Shown here: positions 11,784 to 20,300 of the stretch, one piece after another
Position numbering within the stretch: position 1 is the stretch's first letter
Layout: every line of letters starts with the position of its first letter
DNA from: Candidatus Hadarchaeales archaeon
GTDB taxonomy: Archaea > Hadarchaeota > Hadarchaeia > Hadarchaeales > Hadarchaeaceae
Reading direction: 5' to 3'
Assembly: GCA_038872135.1 (NCBI GenBank)
Contig: JAVZGN010000006.1
Span: forward strand, 1 to 57,128
DNA: 57,128 nt
Position numbers and translations under genes: made by a program
The notes under the pieces: generated by a model
Databases searched by the model: none
The model's input: only the letters and a program-made list of their open reading frames with translations
Told to the model about the DNA's origin: nothing

Positions 11784-13205
11784 ATGGTTCGCCCAGAAAT
11801 AAAGAGAATTCAGCAGGCGGCGGAAGAAGTCAAGAACTTTCTCGAGCCAAGGCTAGATGGAAGCAAAAAGGTGAAGATCATTACCCATGGCGATGCTGAC
11901 GGCATTTCTGCGGCGGGAATAGTTGCGAGGGCCCTCTACATCTTTGATGTCCCTTTCACTGTCCAAACTACCCGTCGGCCGATGAGCCCAGAAGATATTG
12001 GAGAATTGTCCAAGGAAACATATGAAATGTTTATTTTTTTGGACCAGGGGACATCGCAGCTTGAGGCCATCCACAAAACTCTGCTTTCAAAAAATGTTGA
12101 TGTTGTGGTGATCGACCACCACCCGGGCGTTCTCCACGAGCACCCAAACCTGGCGATCCTTAACCCCAACTTTTGTGGCATGAACGGGGCAAAGGATGCC
12201 TCCGCCTCAACCTCTGCCTACCTCCTAGCGGAGCATCTGGACACCAGGCTGAGGGGATTGGTGGGCCTGGCTTTGGCCGGAGCCCTGGGAGACAGACAAT
12301 ACTACTTCTCGGGATTCACAGGCGCCAACGAGGTCATAGAAAAAAGGGCGATAGACCTCGGCTTCATCAAGAGAGAAGAGGGACTAAAGCTGATCGGGAG
12401 GAGCCTGAAACCGATCCTAGAGTGCCTCAGGACATCTACCCGCCCCTATCTCCCTGGACTCTCAGGAAATCCTCAGGCATGCAGGGGCCTCCTCGCCTCC
12501 GTCGATATCCCCACCTCTGCATACATCTCAAACCTGGAGAAGGAGGAGCAACTCGCCATTTATGAAGCCATCGCCGCCAGAGTTGGAAAAGTCGCAACAG
12601 ATGAAAATTTCATGCACACCCTCTGGGGAGAGATCTATATCGATGTCTCCGATCTCAGGTGTGGGGTAGAAGATCTAAGGGAGCTGGCCACCGTCCTCGA
12701 AGCCTGCAGCAACATGAAGAAGCCGGAATTTGGCCTCGCGATATCTGTTGGAGACAGCGATTTCGTTCCTGAAGCCGTGTCCCTCCTGAGCACCAGGCAG
12801 GAGGAGATGCTAAAAGCCATGAACTGGTTTGTGAAAAACATGACATCCATCAAGCAAAGAAAAGCTTTTCAGTACATCAACTGCGGCGAGGAAGTCGATG
12901 CCTCTTTTGTTGGGGAAATGATTTCACTGGCCATAGAATCTGGTCTTGTGGACACCAACGCTCCGATACTCGCCATCACCCAGCTCCCATCTGGAGAGGT
13001 AAAAATTTCCGCCAGAGAAACACCAAAACTTGCGATGAATGGAATCAATCTGGGGGAGAGCATTTCTAGGGCGGCTTCTGCGGTGGGTGGATTTGGCGGT
13101 GGTCACGATGTGGCTGCTGCTGCGAGAATCCAGAAGGAAAGAGTAGAAGAGTTCTTAACGAGGCTTGATGAAATTCTGAGAGGTGGCTCGAATGGACTAT
13201 CATGA
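11784..13205 (+). CDS. RecJ/Cdc45-like DHH nuclease (GAN-type)
   Basis: HGDADG, FLDQG, IDHH, LGD motifs; DHHA1 GGGHDVAA; conserved position after rps15. Confidence 0.9.
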   Translation: MVRPEIKRIQQAAEEVKNFLEPRLDGSKKVKIITHGDADGISAAGIVARALYIFDVPFTVQTTRRPMSPEDIGELSKETYEMFIFLDQGTSQLEAIHKTLLSKNVDVVVIDHHPGVLHEHPNLAILNPNFCGMNGAKDASASTSAYLLAEHLDTRLRGLVGLALAGALGDRQYYFSGFTGANEVIEKRAIDLGFIKREEGLKLIGRSLKPILECLRTSTRPYLPGLSGNPQACRGLLASVDIPTSAYISNLEKEEQLAIYEAIAARVGKVATDENFMHTLWGEIYIDVSDLRCGVEDLRELATVLEACSNMKKPEFGLAISVGDSDFVPEAVSLLSTRQEEMLKAMNWFVKNMTSIKQRKAFQYINCGEEVDASFVGEMISLAIESGLVDTNAPILAITQLPSGEVKISARETPKLAMNGINLGESISRAASAVGGFGGGHDVAAAARIQKERVEEFLTRLDEILRGGSNGLS

Positions 13206-14577
13206 GCAGATCCAGCACCTCTACGAGGATGATCCAGGCTTCAGCGTGGCGGTTGAAACGCTCAAGAAGCTTGAGAAAAGGAAGGCGAGAGTTCTGAATT
13301 TTTCGCATCACGATCTCGATGGCGTCACAAGTGCATTCATTCTAAAGAGGATTCTTGAGAAACATCTGAAGGCAAGCGTCGTCACAAAACTTCCCGCCCA
13401 CTTCAGACTTTGGGAAGAAACACTGGTGGAAACCCTGAAGAAGGAAGGAAGGTTCGACCTGCTGATAATTTCGGACAAGGGTACCTTCGCCGCCTATGAT
13501 GCCCTCCTAAAACATGTTAAAGACATCCTGATAATCGACCACCACCAGCTGGACGGGAAACCAGAAAAATGCAAGCTCTTCAATCCAACTGTCGAAATTT
13601 CAGAATATTCGTCCTCAGTGGCGCTCCTCTGTCACATGATTGGAGAGAAGATGGGAGTAAACGACATCTACATGGATTTCGCCGCCCTCATCGGCTGCAG
13701 AGGAGACTTTGCCTTTGATCCTGTGGAAAAAACTTCACTGGAGTTCACGCGACCATTTCTCGAGCATGTGCAGAAAAAATTTCCGGAGATGTTCAATGTT
13801 TTTGCTGGAAGGCCGACGATGTATGATCTAGTTGACAGAAATAGAACTGCTCCAATAAATCAGCTTGCGGAGGCGCTGCATGTGGGAACAATTTCCCACC
13901 TTTACAGCGATCTCCTGAAGGTGGATATAGAAAATGGGCCGGAGTTTCTGCTCAAATTTTTTGAGGAGCTAGCAGAGAGTGGCAGTTTCGAGATAACCTC
14001 GGTGGAAAGCCTACTGAGAAAGGGGAAGTTTGGACCGATCCTCATGCAAGTTTTTGACCAGTACAAGAAGGATTGGAAGCTGCTGGAAGGAAGAATCCAA
14101 ACCCCAATTGCACTCGGGGAAGCGAGAGGTGTTGGGATATATCTATTTTTTGCCGAGGAAGCGGAGGCCATGAAAGTCGCACCATTTCCGGCAATTCTTC
14201 CATTTGTTGTCTCAACCAATCTTGAAAATCTCAAAAGGGCCGGGAGACACGCACACGCTATGGCGATCATATTCTGCCCGAAGGAAAGAGGAATACACAT
14301 TTCCATGAGAGGTGGAGGAGGACTCCTGAATTGCGGAAAGATATGTTATGAGCTGGCAAATAAACTATCTTCAATCTATCCGGGATACAGCATCGGAGGT
14401 GGCGGGCATGAAAAGGCTGCAGAGCTTACCGCAGATAAACCTGTTCCAATGTATGCTGTGATGCAGGAGCTGCTGTTCATGTTCCAGAGAATTATCGAGC
14501 TTTCCAAGCTACTTGACAATGGAAGGGCCAGCAGAAGGGAGATAGAGGAGGCCCGAAACCTTGGTATCTCCTGCTGA
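13192..14577 (+). CDS. Second, divergent DHH/DHHA1 phosphoesterase
   Basis: HHDLDG, ISDKG, IDHH, RGD, SMRG, GGGGHEKAA; SD GAGGTG before ATG 13192. Confidence 0.85.
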   Translation: MDYHEQIQHLYEDDPGFSVAVETLKKLEKRKARVLNFSHHDLDGVTSAFILKRILEKHLKASVVTKLPAHFRLWEETLVETLKKEGRFDLLIISDKGTFAAYDALLKHVKDILIIDHHQLDGKPEKCKLFNPTVEISEYSSSVALLCHMIGEKMGVNDIYMDFAALIGCRGDFAFDPVEKTSLEFTRPFLEHVQKKFPEMFNVFAGRPTMYDLVDRNRTAPINQLAEALHVGTISHLYSDLLKVDIENGPEFLLKFFEELAESGSFEITSVESLLRKGKFGPILMQVFDQYKKDWKLLEGRIQTPIALGEARGVGIYLFFAEEAEAMKVAPFPAILPFVVSTNLENLKRAGRHAHAMAIIFCPKERGIHISMRGGGGLLNCGKICYELANKLSSIYPGYSIGGGGHEKAAELTADKPVPMYAVMQELLFMFQRIIELSKLLDNGRASRREIEEARNLGISC

Positions 14578-14616
14578 GGTGGCTTTTTAACCCCTCAAAA
14601 GATAACAATTTTTGTC

Positions 14617-15039
14617 ATGACGCTAGACCAAAGCGAGTTCCAGGAACTCGTTGAAGTTCTGGTGCAGCTTGTGGAAAAGTATCATGGAAATCCGGCTGTG
14701 TTAGATGCTATACTGGAGGAATTCAGAGATATGTACAGGAAAATTCCGATTTATCCATCGATTATAACCGCCTGCTTGAGGAAAATAGTGGAGTCCACGA
14801 AAATCGAGGAGCTGAGAGAAGGCGACGAAGTAGCGCTCCTGCTAAAGGATGGAAAAATTGTCTCGGGAAAAGTCGTGGGGGCGGATGGGGATGAGATAAA
14901 ACTCGTGGAAGCAACAGAATCTTTCCCCATTCCCCTCGCCGAGAAAATTTCGATTGAAAAAAAGGAGATAACGGATGTGAGAAAAATAAAACGCGGCTGT
15001 TTGGAGAGAGAGTGGCCGAGCCTGAATTTTAAGGAGTGA
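14617..15039 (+). CDS. Hypothetical protein with C-terminal Sm/LSm-like beta-barrel
   Basis: VALLLKDGKIVSGKVVGADGDEIKLVEATE resembles the Sm1 pattern; helical N-terminal half; fold call is inference. Confidence 0.6.
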   Translation: MTLDQSEFQELVEVLVQLVEKYHGNPAVLDAILEEFRDMYRKIPIYPSIITACLRKIVESTKIEELREGDEVALLLKDGKIVSGKVVGADGDEIKLVEATESFPIPLAEKISIEKKEITDVRKIKRGCLEREWPSLNFKE

Positions 15040-15043
15040 TAAC

Positions 15044-16291
15044 ATGAGCATGAATGAAATAAACCCTCAGGAAGTTTACCGGGCGGAAGGCGAGATAAAG
15101 ATCAGAATAGTTGAGGGGGAAATTTTGGTGAGCGGGGGCCTGAGAAAAAAGGGTGAAGAAATTGTTATCCCCCGGGCAAAATCTGTGCCTGTGGAGGGAG
15201 TGACAAGGGCGAGAGTAGAGTGCATTCTCGGGCCAAATGGAAAATGGGAAAAATTGCCTGAGAGGACCATTCCTAGGGAGTGGGAAACTCTGATAGATGA
15301 GATAAAAAAGAAGAGACCGAGAAGCGTCCTGGTGATGGGAACTGTTGATGTTGGAAAAACTTTCTTCACAACTTATCTTGGAAACACCCTTCTGCAGGAG
15401 GGGATAAAAGCAGCGGTTGTCGACACCGATGTCGGGCAGGCTGATGTTGGTCCCCCCACAGTCATGGGGCTGGGGGTGTTCGAAAAACCTGTGGCGCTTC
15501 TCTATGAAGTCCCGGTCAAAAGTGCATATTTTGTTGGGTCGATGTCCCCCTCAGGGCATCTTCTGGAATTCGTCACAGGGATAAAATGGCTGGTGGAGAG
15601 AGGAATGAAACTTGGAGATCTTGTCATCGTTAACACCCCGGGGTGGGTGATGGGGGGGCCAGGAAGATGCATGCAGTTTTACTCGAGAGAACTGATAAAC
15701 CCAGATCTGATAATCGCACTCCAGAGAAAGGATGAGCTGGAGCATGTTCTGAAAACCGCCTCTCCATCCAAGATAAGAAGGCTCCCGGTTTCTACGAGGG
15801 TGAGGCCACGGAACCCGAATGAAAGGGCCGAGATAAGAGCACTTCTGCTGAGAAGATATTTTGAAAACTCGGGGAAGATTGTGCTCAACCTTGAGCGGGT
15901 GAGGTTTGAGCGCTCATATTTCAGGACCGGGCAAGAGGTGGATCCTAGAGAGTTTGGGGGAGAGGTGATATACGCCGAGAAGATGCCTGAGGGACCGCTA
16001 CTCGTAGTCAACAGATGCAGCGATGAAAAGATGGAGGAACTTAGAAGCAAATTTCCATCAGCAAGAATAATCGTTAAGGGGATGGAAGAAAACATGCTTG
16101 TAGGGCTGGTCGATGACAACAATGAATTCATCGGGCTTGGAATTGTTGAAAAAATAGACTATGTGGGAAAGAAGATGACGGTCATTACCCCAATCAAAGA
16201 TCCAATGGAAGTTTGCGCTGTGCAGATAGGCTCTATGAAAATTACTCCCGAGGGAAGGGAAGTGGGAACGATTCGGCCAGGAACATTTTGA
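15044..16291 (+). CDS. Clp1/Grc3-family polynucleotide 5'-OH kinase
   Basis: GTVDVGKT P-loop, DTDVGQADVGPP, NTPGW, lid motif ERAEIR. Confidence 0.92.
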   Translation: MSMNEINPQEVYRAEGEIKIRIVEGEILVSGGLRKKGEEIVIPRAKSVPVEGVTRARVECILGPNGKWEKLPERTIPREWETLIDEIKKKRPRSVLVMGTVDVGKTFFTTYLGNTLLQEGIKAAVVDTDVGQADVGPPTVMGLGVFEKPVALLYEVPVKSAYFVGSMSPSGHLLEFVTGIKWLVERGMKLGDLVIVNTPGWVMGGPGRCMQFYSRELINPDLIIALQRKDELEHVLKTASPSKIRRLPVSTRVRPRNPNERAEIRALLLRRYFENSGKIVLNLERVRFERSYFRTGQEVDPREFGGEVIYAEKMPEGPLLVVNRCSDEKMEELRSKFPSARIIVKGMEENMLVGLVDDNNEFIGLGIVEKIDYVGKKMTVITPIKDPMEVCAVQIGSMKITPEGREVGTIRPGTF

Positions 16292-16301
16292 GAGGGAGTC
16301 G

Positions 16302-16535
16302 ATGCAAATCTCTGCAAAAGTTGTCTGTGAGTATCCATCGAAGGAAATAGCAAAGGCTGTGGGCAGAGCGATATCACCGGACAACCTAAAAGCCCCAAAA
16401 GGGATGAAGATTTCTACAAGAGTGCGTGGAGAGAAGGTTGTAACCGAAGTGAGATTTGACGGCAGGATAGAAACCCTCACAGCTACCCTCGACGATCTGT
16501 TGGCCTGCATTCAAACGGCGGGGAGTATGCTATGA
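16302..16535 (+). CDS. Pcc1-family KEOPS subunit paralog
   Basis: AVGRAISPDN and TLTATLDDLLAC; position between RecJ-like gene and rps3ae. Confidence 0.85.
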   Translation: MQISAKVVCEYPSKEIAKAVGRAISPDNLKAPKGMKISTRVRGEKVVTEVRFDGRIETLTATLDDLLACIQTAGSML

Positions 16536-16578
16536 TAAAGCTTTTCATAGGCTCCGGCGATTGGGATTTGGCGGTCAG

Positions 16579-18081
16579 ATGAAATTCCAGATGGTTGCAA
16601 AAATTTCATTTGGGAGGGAGGTGGAAAGCCTAGCCTCGGATGTCGGAGGGATACTGGAAACATCGAAATATCTCCTCCTGAGGGGAGTACCCCCTGGGAA
16701 GGAGGATGAAGCCACTAGGTTGCTCGGGTGGAAAATCGCTGGAAATTCTCTGCATCTGAAAATGGAATCTGGAAGATATGTGCGCGCCCACGATGGACTG
16801 CTCAGGCTTGCGAAAAGGCTCTCGGAGGAGATGGGGAAAAAGCACAGGATTGGGGTTAGAGAAATCCTTGTGGAAAAATATGACATTGAAATTCCAGTCG
16901 CCGGGATATCTGAGGCCGCCAGGAAAGAGATAGAAAAATTGCCCTACAGGATAACCACAGAAGAAAACTGCATTAAGATCTCTCTCGAGAATGTCGGGGA
17001 AAAGGAGATAAGGGGGAGAGTTGTAGACAGGCTCATCGGGGTGCTTGAAGCGGCTCTCGCAAAAAAGGAGGCGCCGCCGCAGGAGTTAAAAATAGCCAGA
17101 GCCAGCGGGCCAAAAAAACACAGGTTTAGCCAAGATCCATTTGAAGCTGCTATGCGGGAGGGGTGGATAGTTGATTTTCCAGGGAGGGGGCAGTGGATAT
17201 ATCTCGAGCCGTATGCCCGGGTGCTGAGAGCCATTGAAGAAATAATCATTGAAAAAATCGCAATCCCGCTAGGGTTCAGAGAGGCGATGTTCCCGAAGCT
17301 GATTCCGCTGGAGGTCATGCAGAAAATGCCGGGATATCTGGATGGGGTACCAGAGGGAATGTACTATGTATGCCCACCTCCAAGGGAACCAGAGGCCTTC
17401 TCCTCCTTCAAGCGTGAGCTGACTCTTAAAAAAGAGGTATCAACCGACGAGCTGAGAAAGGTGCTTAAAGATCCAGCTTACGTTCTTGCTCCAGCCCAGT
17501 GCGAGCCATTCTACCAGCAGTTCTCCGGAAAGGTGATCAGGCTGGAAGATCTGCCGGTGAAGCAGTTCGACAGAAGTGGATGGACATACAGGTGGGAGGG
17601 GGGCGGAGTTGAAGGACTCTTGAGGACGCAGGAGTTCAGAAGAATAGAGTTTGTGATGATCGGGGCTCCGGGAGATGTGGTTAAAATCAGAGATGATGTC
17701 TTGGAAAAGTCGATAGAGGTGATGGAGGAGCTCGATCTCGAGTGGAGGGTGACTGTGGCTACGCCATTTTACATGAGGGAGGCTGGGGGAGAGGTTGGAG
17801 AAGGTGAAAAAGTGGCGACTTATGACCTGGAAGTTTTGCTTCCCTACAAGAATGAATGGCTGGAGATCGGGTCGTACAATGTCCACAGGGAGAAGTTTGT
17901 GAAGAGCTTTAAAATAAAGGAGACAAAGGGAAGAGAGGTGTGGACGGGATGTTGCGGTTTTGGGACGAGCAGGTGGGTGGTTGGGTTCCTAGCCCAGCAT
18001 GGGCTGGATTCCTCCAGCTGGCCTCATGTGATGAGGAAGATGGTGGAGCCCCTGCCACCGCCGACAAGGGTGAGTGAGTAA
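16579..18081 (+). CDS. serS: Serine--tRNA ligase, methanogen (atypical) type
   Basis: MKF start, SGRYVRAHDGLLRL, KKHRIGVR N-domain; PAQCEPFY, YRWEGGG, EFRRIE, TGCCGFG. Confidence 0.93.
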   Translation: MKFQMVAKISFGREVESLASDVGGILETSKYLLLRGVPPGKEDEATRLLGWKIAGNSLHLKMESGRYVRAHDGLLRLAKRLSEEMGKKHRIGVREILVEKYDIEIPVAGISEAARKEIEKLPYRITTEENCIKISLENVGEKEIRGRVVDRLIGVLEAALAKKEAPPQELKIARASGPKKHRFSQDPFEAAMREGWIVDFPGRGQWIYLEPYARVLRAIEEIIIEKIAIPLGFREAMFPKLIPLEVMQKMPGYLDGVPEGMYYVCPPPREPEAFSSFKRELTLKKEVSTDELRKVLKDPAYVLAPAQCEPFYQQFSGKVIRLEDLPVKQFDRSGWTYRWEGGGVEGLLRTQEFRRIEFVMIGAPGDVVKIRDDVLEKSIEVMEELDLEWRVTVATPFYMREAGGEVGEGEKVATYDLEVLLPYKNEWLEIGSYNVHREKFVKSFKIKETKGREVWTGCCGFGTSRWVVGFLAQHGLDSSSWPHVMRKMVEPLPPPTRVSE

Positions 18082-18695
18082 TGGCAGAGAAAAAGAAGAG
18101 TGTGAAGTCCTGGAAGGAGAAGAAATGGTTCGAGGTCTATGCGCCGCCAATGTTTGGAGAGCAGAAGATGGGGACTGTCCCTGCCGACGACCCATCAAAG
18201 CTCATCGGAAGGGTCTTTGAAACTACTCTTGGAGACCTCCTCCAGGACTACTCGAAATCCCACATCAAAATCTACCTCCAAGTGACCAATGTAGATGGAG
18301 AAAAAGCGAAAACTTCTTTCATCGGACACGAGATAGTCAGAGATTACCTCAGGGCGCAGATAAGAAGGAGGGCAAGAAAAATCGATGAGATAACAACCGT
18401 AAGGACAAAGGATGGAAACATTTTAAGAATCACCTCGATGGTTATAACCCTTGGGAAACAGCAGAGTTCAAAGGTTGGAGCTGTAAGGAAGGCGATCGCA
18501 AAAGTTGTGAACGAGAAAGCCTCAGAGAGAACCCTCGATCAGCTGGTGCAGGAGATCGTCCTCGGGAAGGTCTCAGCCGACATCCACAAAGAGGCGAAGA
18601 AGTTCTGTCCAATCAAGAGGATTGAGGTGTGCAAGAGCAAGCTCTTGGGTCACCCACAGCCTCCTGTCCAGCCGGCCTCCGGGGGAGCCTCTTGA
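18081..18695 (+). CDS. rps3ae: 30S ribosomal protein eS1 (S3Ae)
   Basis: WKEKKWFEVYAP, IGRVFETTLGDL, PIKRIEVCK. Confidence 0.96.
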   Translation: MAEKKKSVKSWKEKKWFEVYAPPMFGEQKMGTVPADDPSKLIGRVFETTLGDLLQDYSKSHIKIYLQVTNVDGEKAKTSFIGHEIVRDYLRAQIRRRARKIDEITTVRTKDGNILRITSMVITLGKQQSSKVGAVRKAIAKVVNEKASERTLDQLVQEIVLGKVSADIHKEAKKFCPIKRIEVCKSKLLGHPQPPVQPASGGAS

Positions 18696-18955
18696 AGATA
18701 CTTCTTGATGAAATGTTCTCTGGACTCAAGCCATTTCTGAAAATTCTTGGGTGGGATGTAGCCACCGTTGAGGATGTCGGGCTGAAGGGGGCGGAAGATG
18801 AAAAAGTCATAGAATTTGCGGAGAGGGAGGGGATGGTCATAGTGACGCAGGAGCAGGGAGTAGCGGAGCTGGCTAGGCTAAAAGGAGTGAGGTTCGTCTT
18901 GGTGGGATTGGCGGAAATAGCTAGGATTATAGATGAGAAGCTAAAGTCATTATGA
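18692..18955 (+). CDS. Short PIN-like domain protein (DUF5615/Mut7-C-like)
   Basis: TTG start overlapping rps3ae stop; KILLDEM...LGWDV...GAEDEKVIEFA...IVTQ. Confidence 0.75.
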   Translation: MKILLDEMFSGLKPFLKILGWDVATVEDVGLKGAEDEKVIEFAEREGMVIVTQEQGVAELARLKGVRFVLVGLAEIARIIDEKLKSL

Positions 18956-18959
18956 AAGC

Positions 18960-20297
18960 ATGAGGCGGCTTTTTGGAACCTCTGGCGTGAGGGGTGTTGT
19001 CGGGAGGGAGATAACCCCGGAGATGTTTACGAGACTGGGCAAAAGCCTCTCCTCTTATCTTGGAGGCTGTGGTGAGGTTGTCGTCGGTAGAGATCCAAGA
19101 ACATCGGGGGAAATGCTTGAGAGTGCATTCATCTCCGGACTCCTCGCTGGGGGGTGCGATGTGAGGAGAGTTGGCATAGTACCAACTCCTCTCGTAAGCT
19201 TTGCTGTTAGAAGGCTGGGAGCGAAAGCTGGTGTGGTGATCACGGCCTCTCACAATCCTCCAGAGTACAACGGAATCAAGTTCTGGGATTCAGAAGGGTG
19301 GGCCTATCTCCCAGAGGCTGAAGAGGAAATAGAAAGAATCTATTTTAGCCAGAGATGGGCTGCGGTTGAATGGAATGCAATTGGAAAAGTGGAGGACACA
19401 GACATCGCACGGGAATATTTGGAAAAGATGGAGAGGGCGGTAGAAGTAGATGGAGAGCGCACAGTGGTTGTTGACTGCGGAAATGGAGCGACATCGAACA
19501 TCACACCGGTGGCTCTGAGAGAGGTAGGGTGTAAGGTCATCAGCGTCAACTGCCAGATGGATGGAAGATTTCCTGGAAGGGGTCTCGAGCCGACAGAAGC
19601 CAGCCTCAGAGATCTCTGCTCGATTGTGAGAGGAGTTGGGGCCGATCTCGGGATTGCCCACGATGGAGACGGGGACAGAGTTGTAGCGGTCGATGAAAGG
19701 GGGAATGTTGTTCCTGGGGATGAACTTCTCGCGGTCGTCGCCGCAGAGGAGATTGAGAAGGGAGATGTTGTGGTGACAACGGTGGATGCCTCGAGAGTTG
19801 TAGAGGATGTTGTTGAGAAGAAGGGAGGAAGGGTCGTAAGGTGTAGCGTGGGGGATGTAAATGTCGCCCAAACAATGAGAAAGCATGGGGGGGCTTTTGG
19901 GGGGGAGCCGTGCGGGGCTTGGATTTTCCCGGAATTCTCTCACGCCCCAGATGGCCCCTTTGGAGCCCTGAAAATCCTGGAACTGATGGGGAAAGAAAAA
20001 ATTTCAAAAATAATTGGAGATTTGCCCAAATACTCGATGGTGAGGAAGAAAATCTACTGCCAGAGGGAGATTGTTGGGAAAGCAATGGAAGAGATTGAGG
20101 AAAAACTGCCGAAAAAGGTTTCCGCCACAAAAATTCTGAAACTGGATGGGCTGAGGGTAGAGGCTGATGATGGGTGGGTTCTTGTGAGACCATCTGGAAC
20201 TGAGCCATGCATAAGGATAACTGCCGAGGGGAAAACCGGGAAGGTTGCAGAAGATTTGGCAAATGCCGCTGCAGAGATTTTGAAAGTTGCAAAATAA
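18960..20297 (+). CDS. glmM: Phosphoglucosamine mutase / phosphohexomutase
   Basis: FGTSGVRG, TASHNP, DGDGDR, GGE, RPSGTEP; substrate specificity uncertain. Confidence 0.88.
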   Translation: MRRLFGTSGVRGVVGREITPEMFTRLGKSLSSYLGGCGEVVVGRDPRTSGEMLESAFISGLLAGGCDVRRVGIVPTPLVSFAVRRLGAKAGVVITASHNPPEYNGIKFWDSEGWAYLPEAEEEIERIYFSQRWAAVEWNAIGKVEDTDIAREYLEKMERAVEVDGERTVVVDCGNGATSNITPVALREVGCKVISVNCQMDGRFPGRGLEPTEASLRDLCSIVRGVGADLGIAHDGDGDRVVAVDERGNVVPGDELLAVVAAEEIEKGDVVVTTVDASRVVEDVVEKKGGRVVRCSVGDVNVAQTMRKHGGAFGGEPCGAWIFPEFSHAPDGPFGALKILELMGKEKISKIIGDLPKYSMVRKKIYCQREIVGKAMEEIEEKLPKKVSATKILKLDGLRVEADDGWVLVRPSGTEPCIRITAEGKTGKVAEDLANAAAEILKVAK

Positions 20298-20300
20298 GGG

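Noticed and set aside
17894..17912. Spacer 1 partial match to serS (16/19)
   Set aside because: Covers only half the spacer; compatible with chance, so not called self-targeting.
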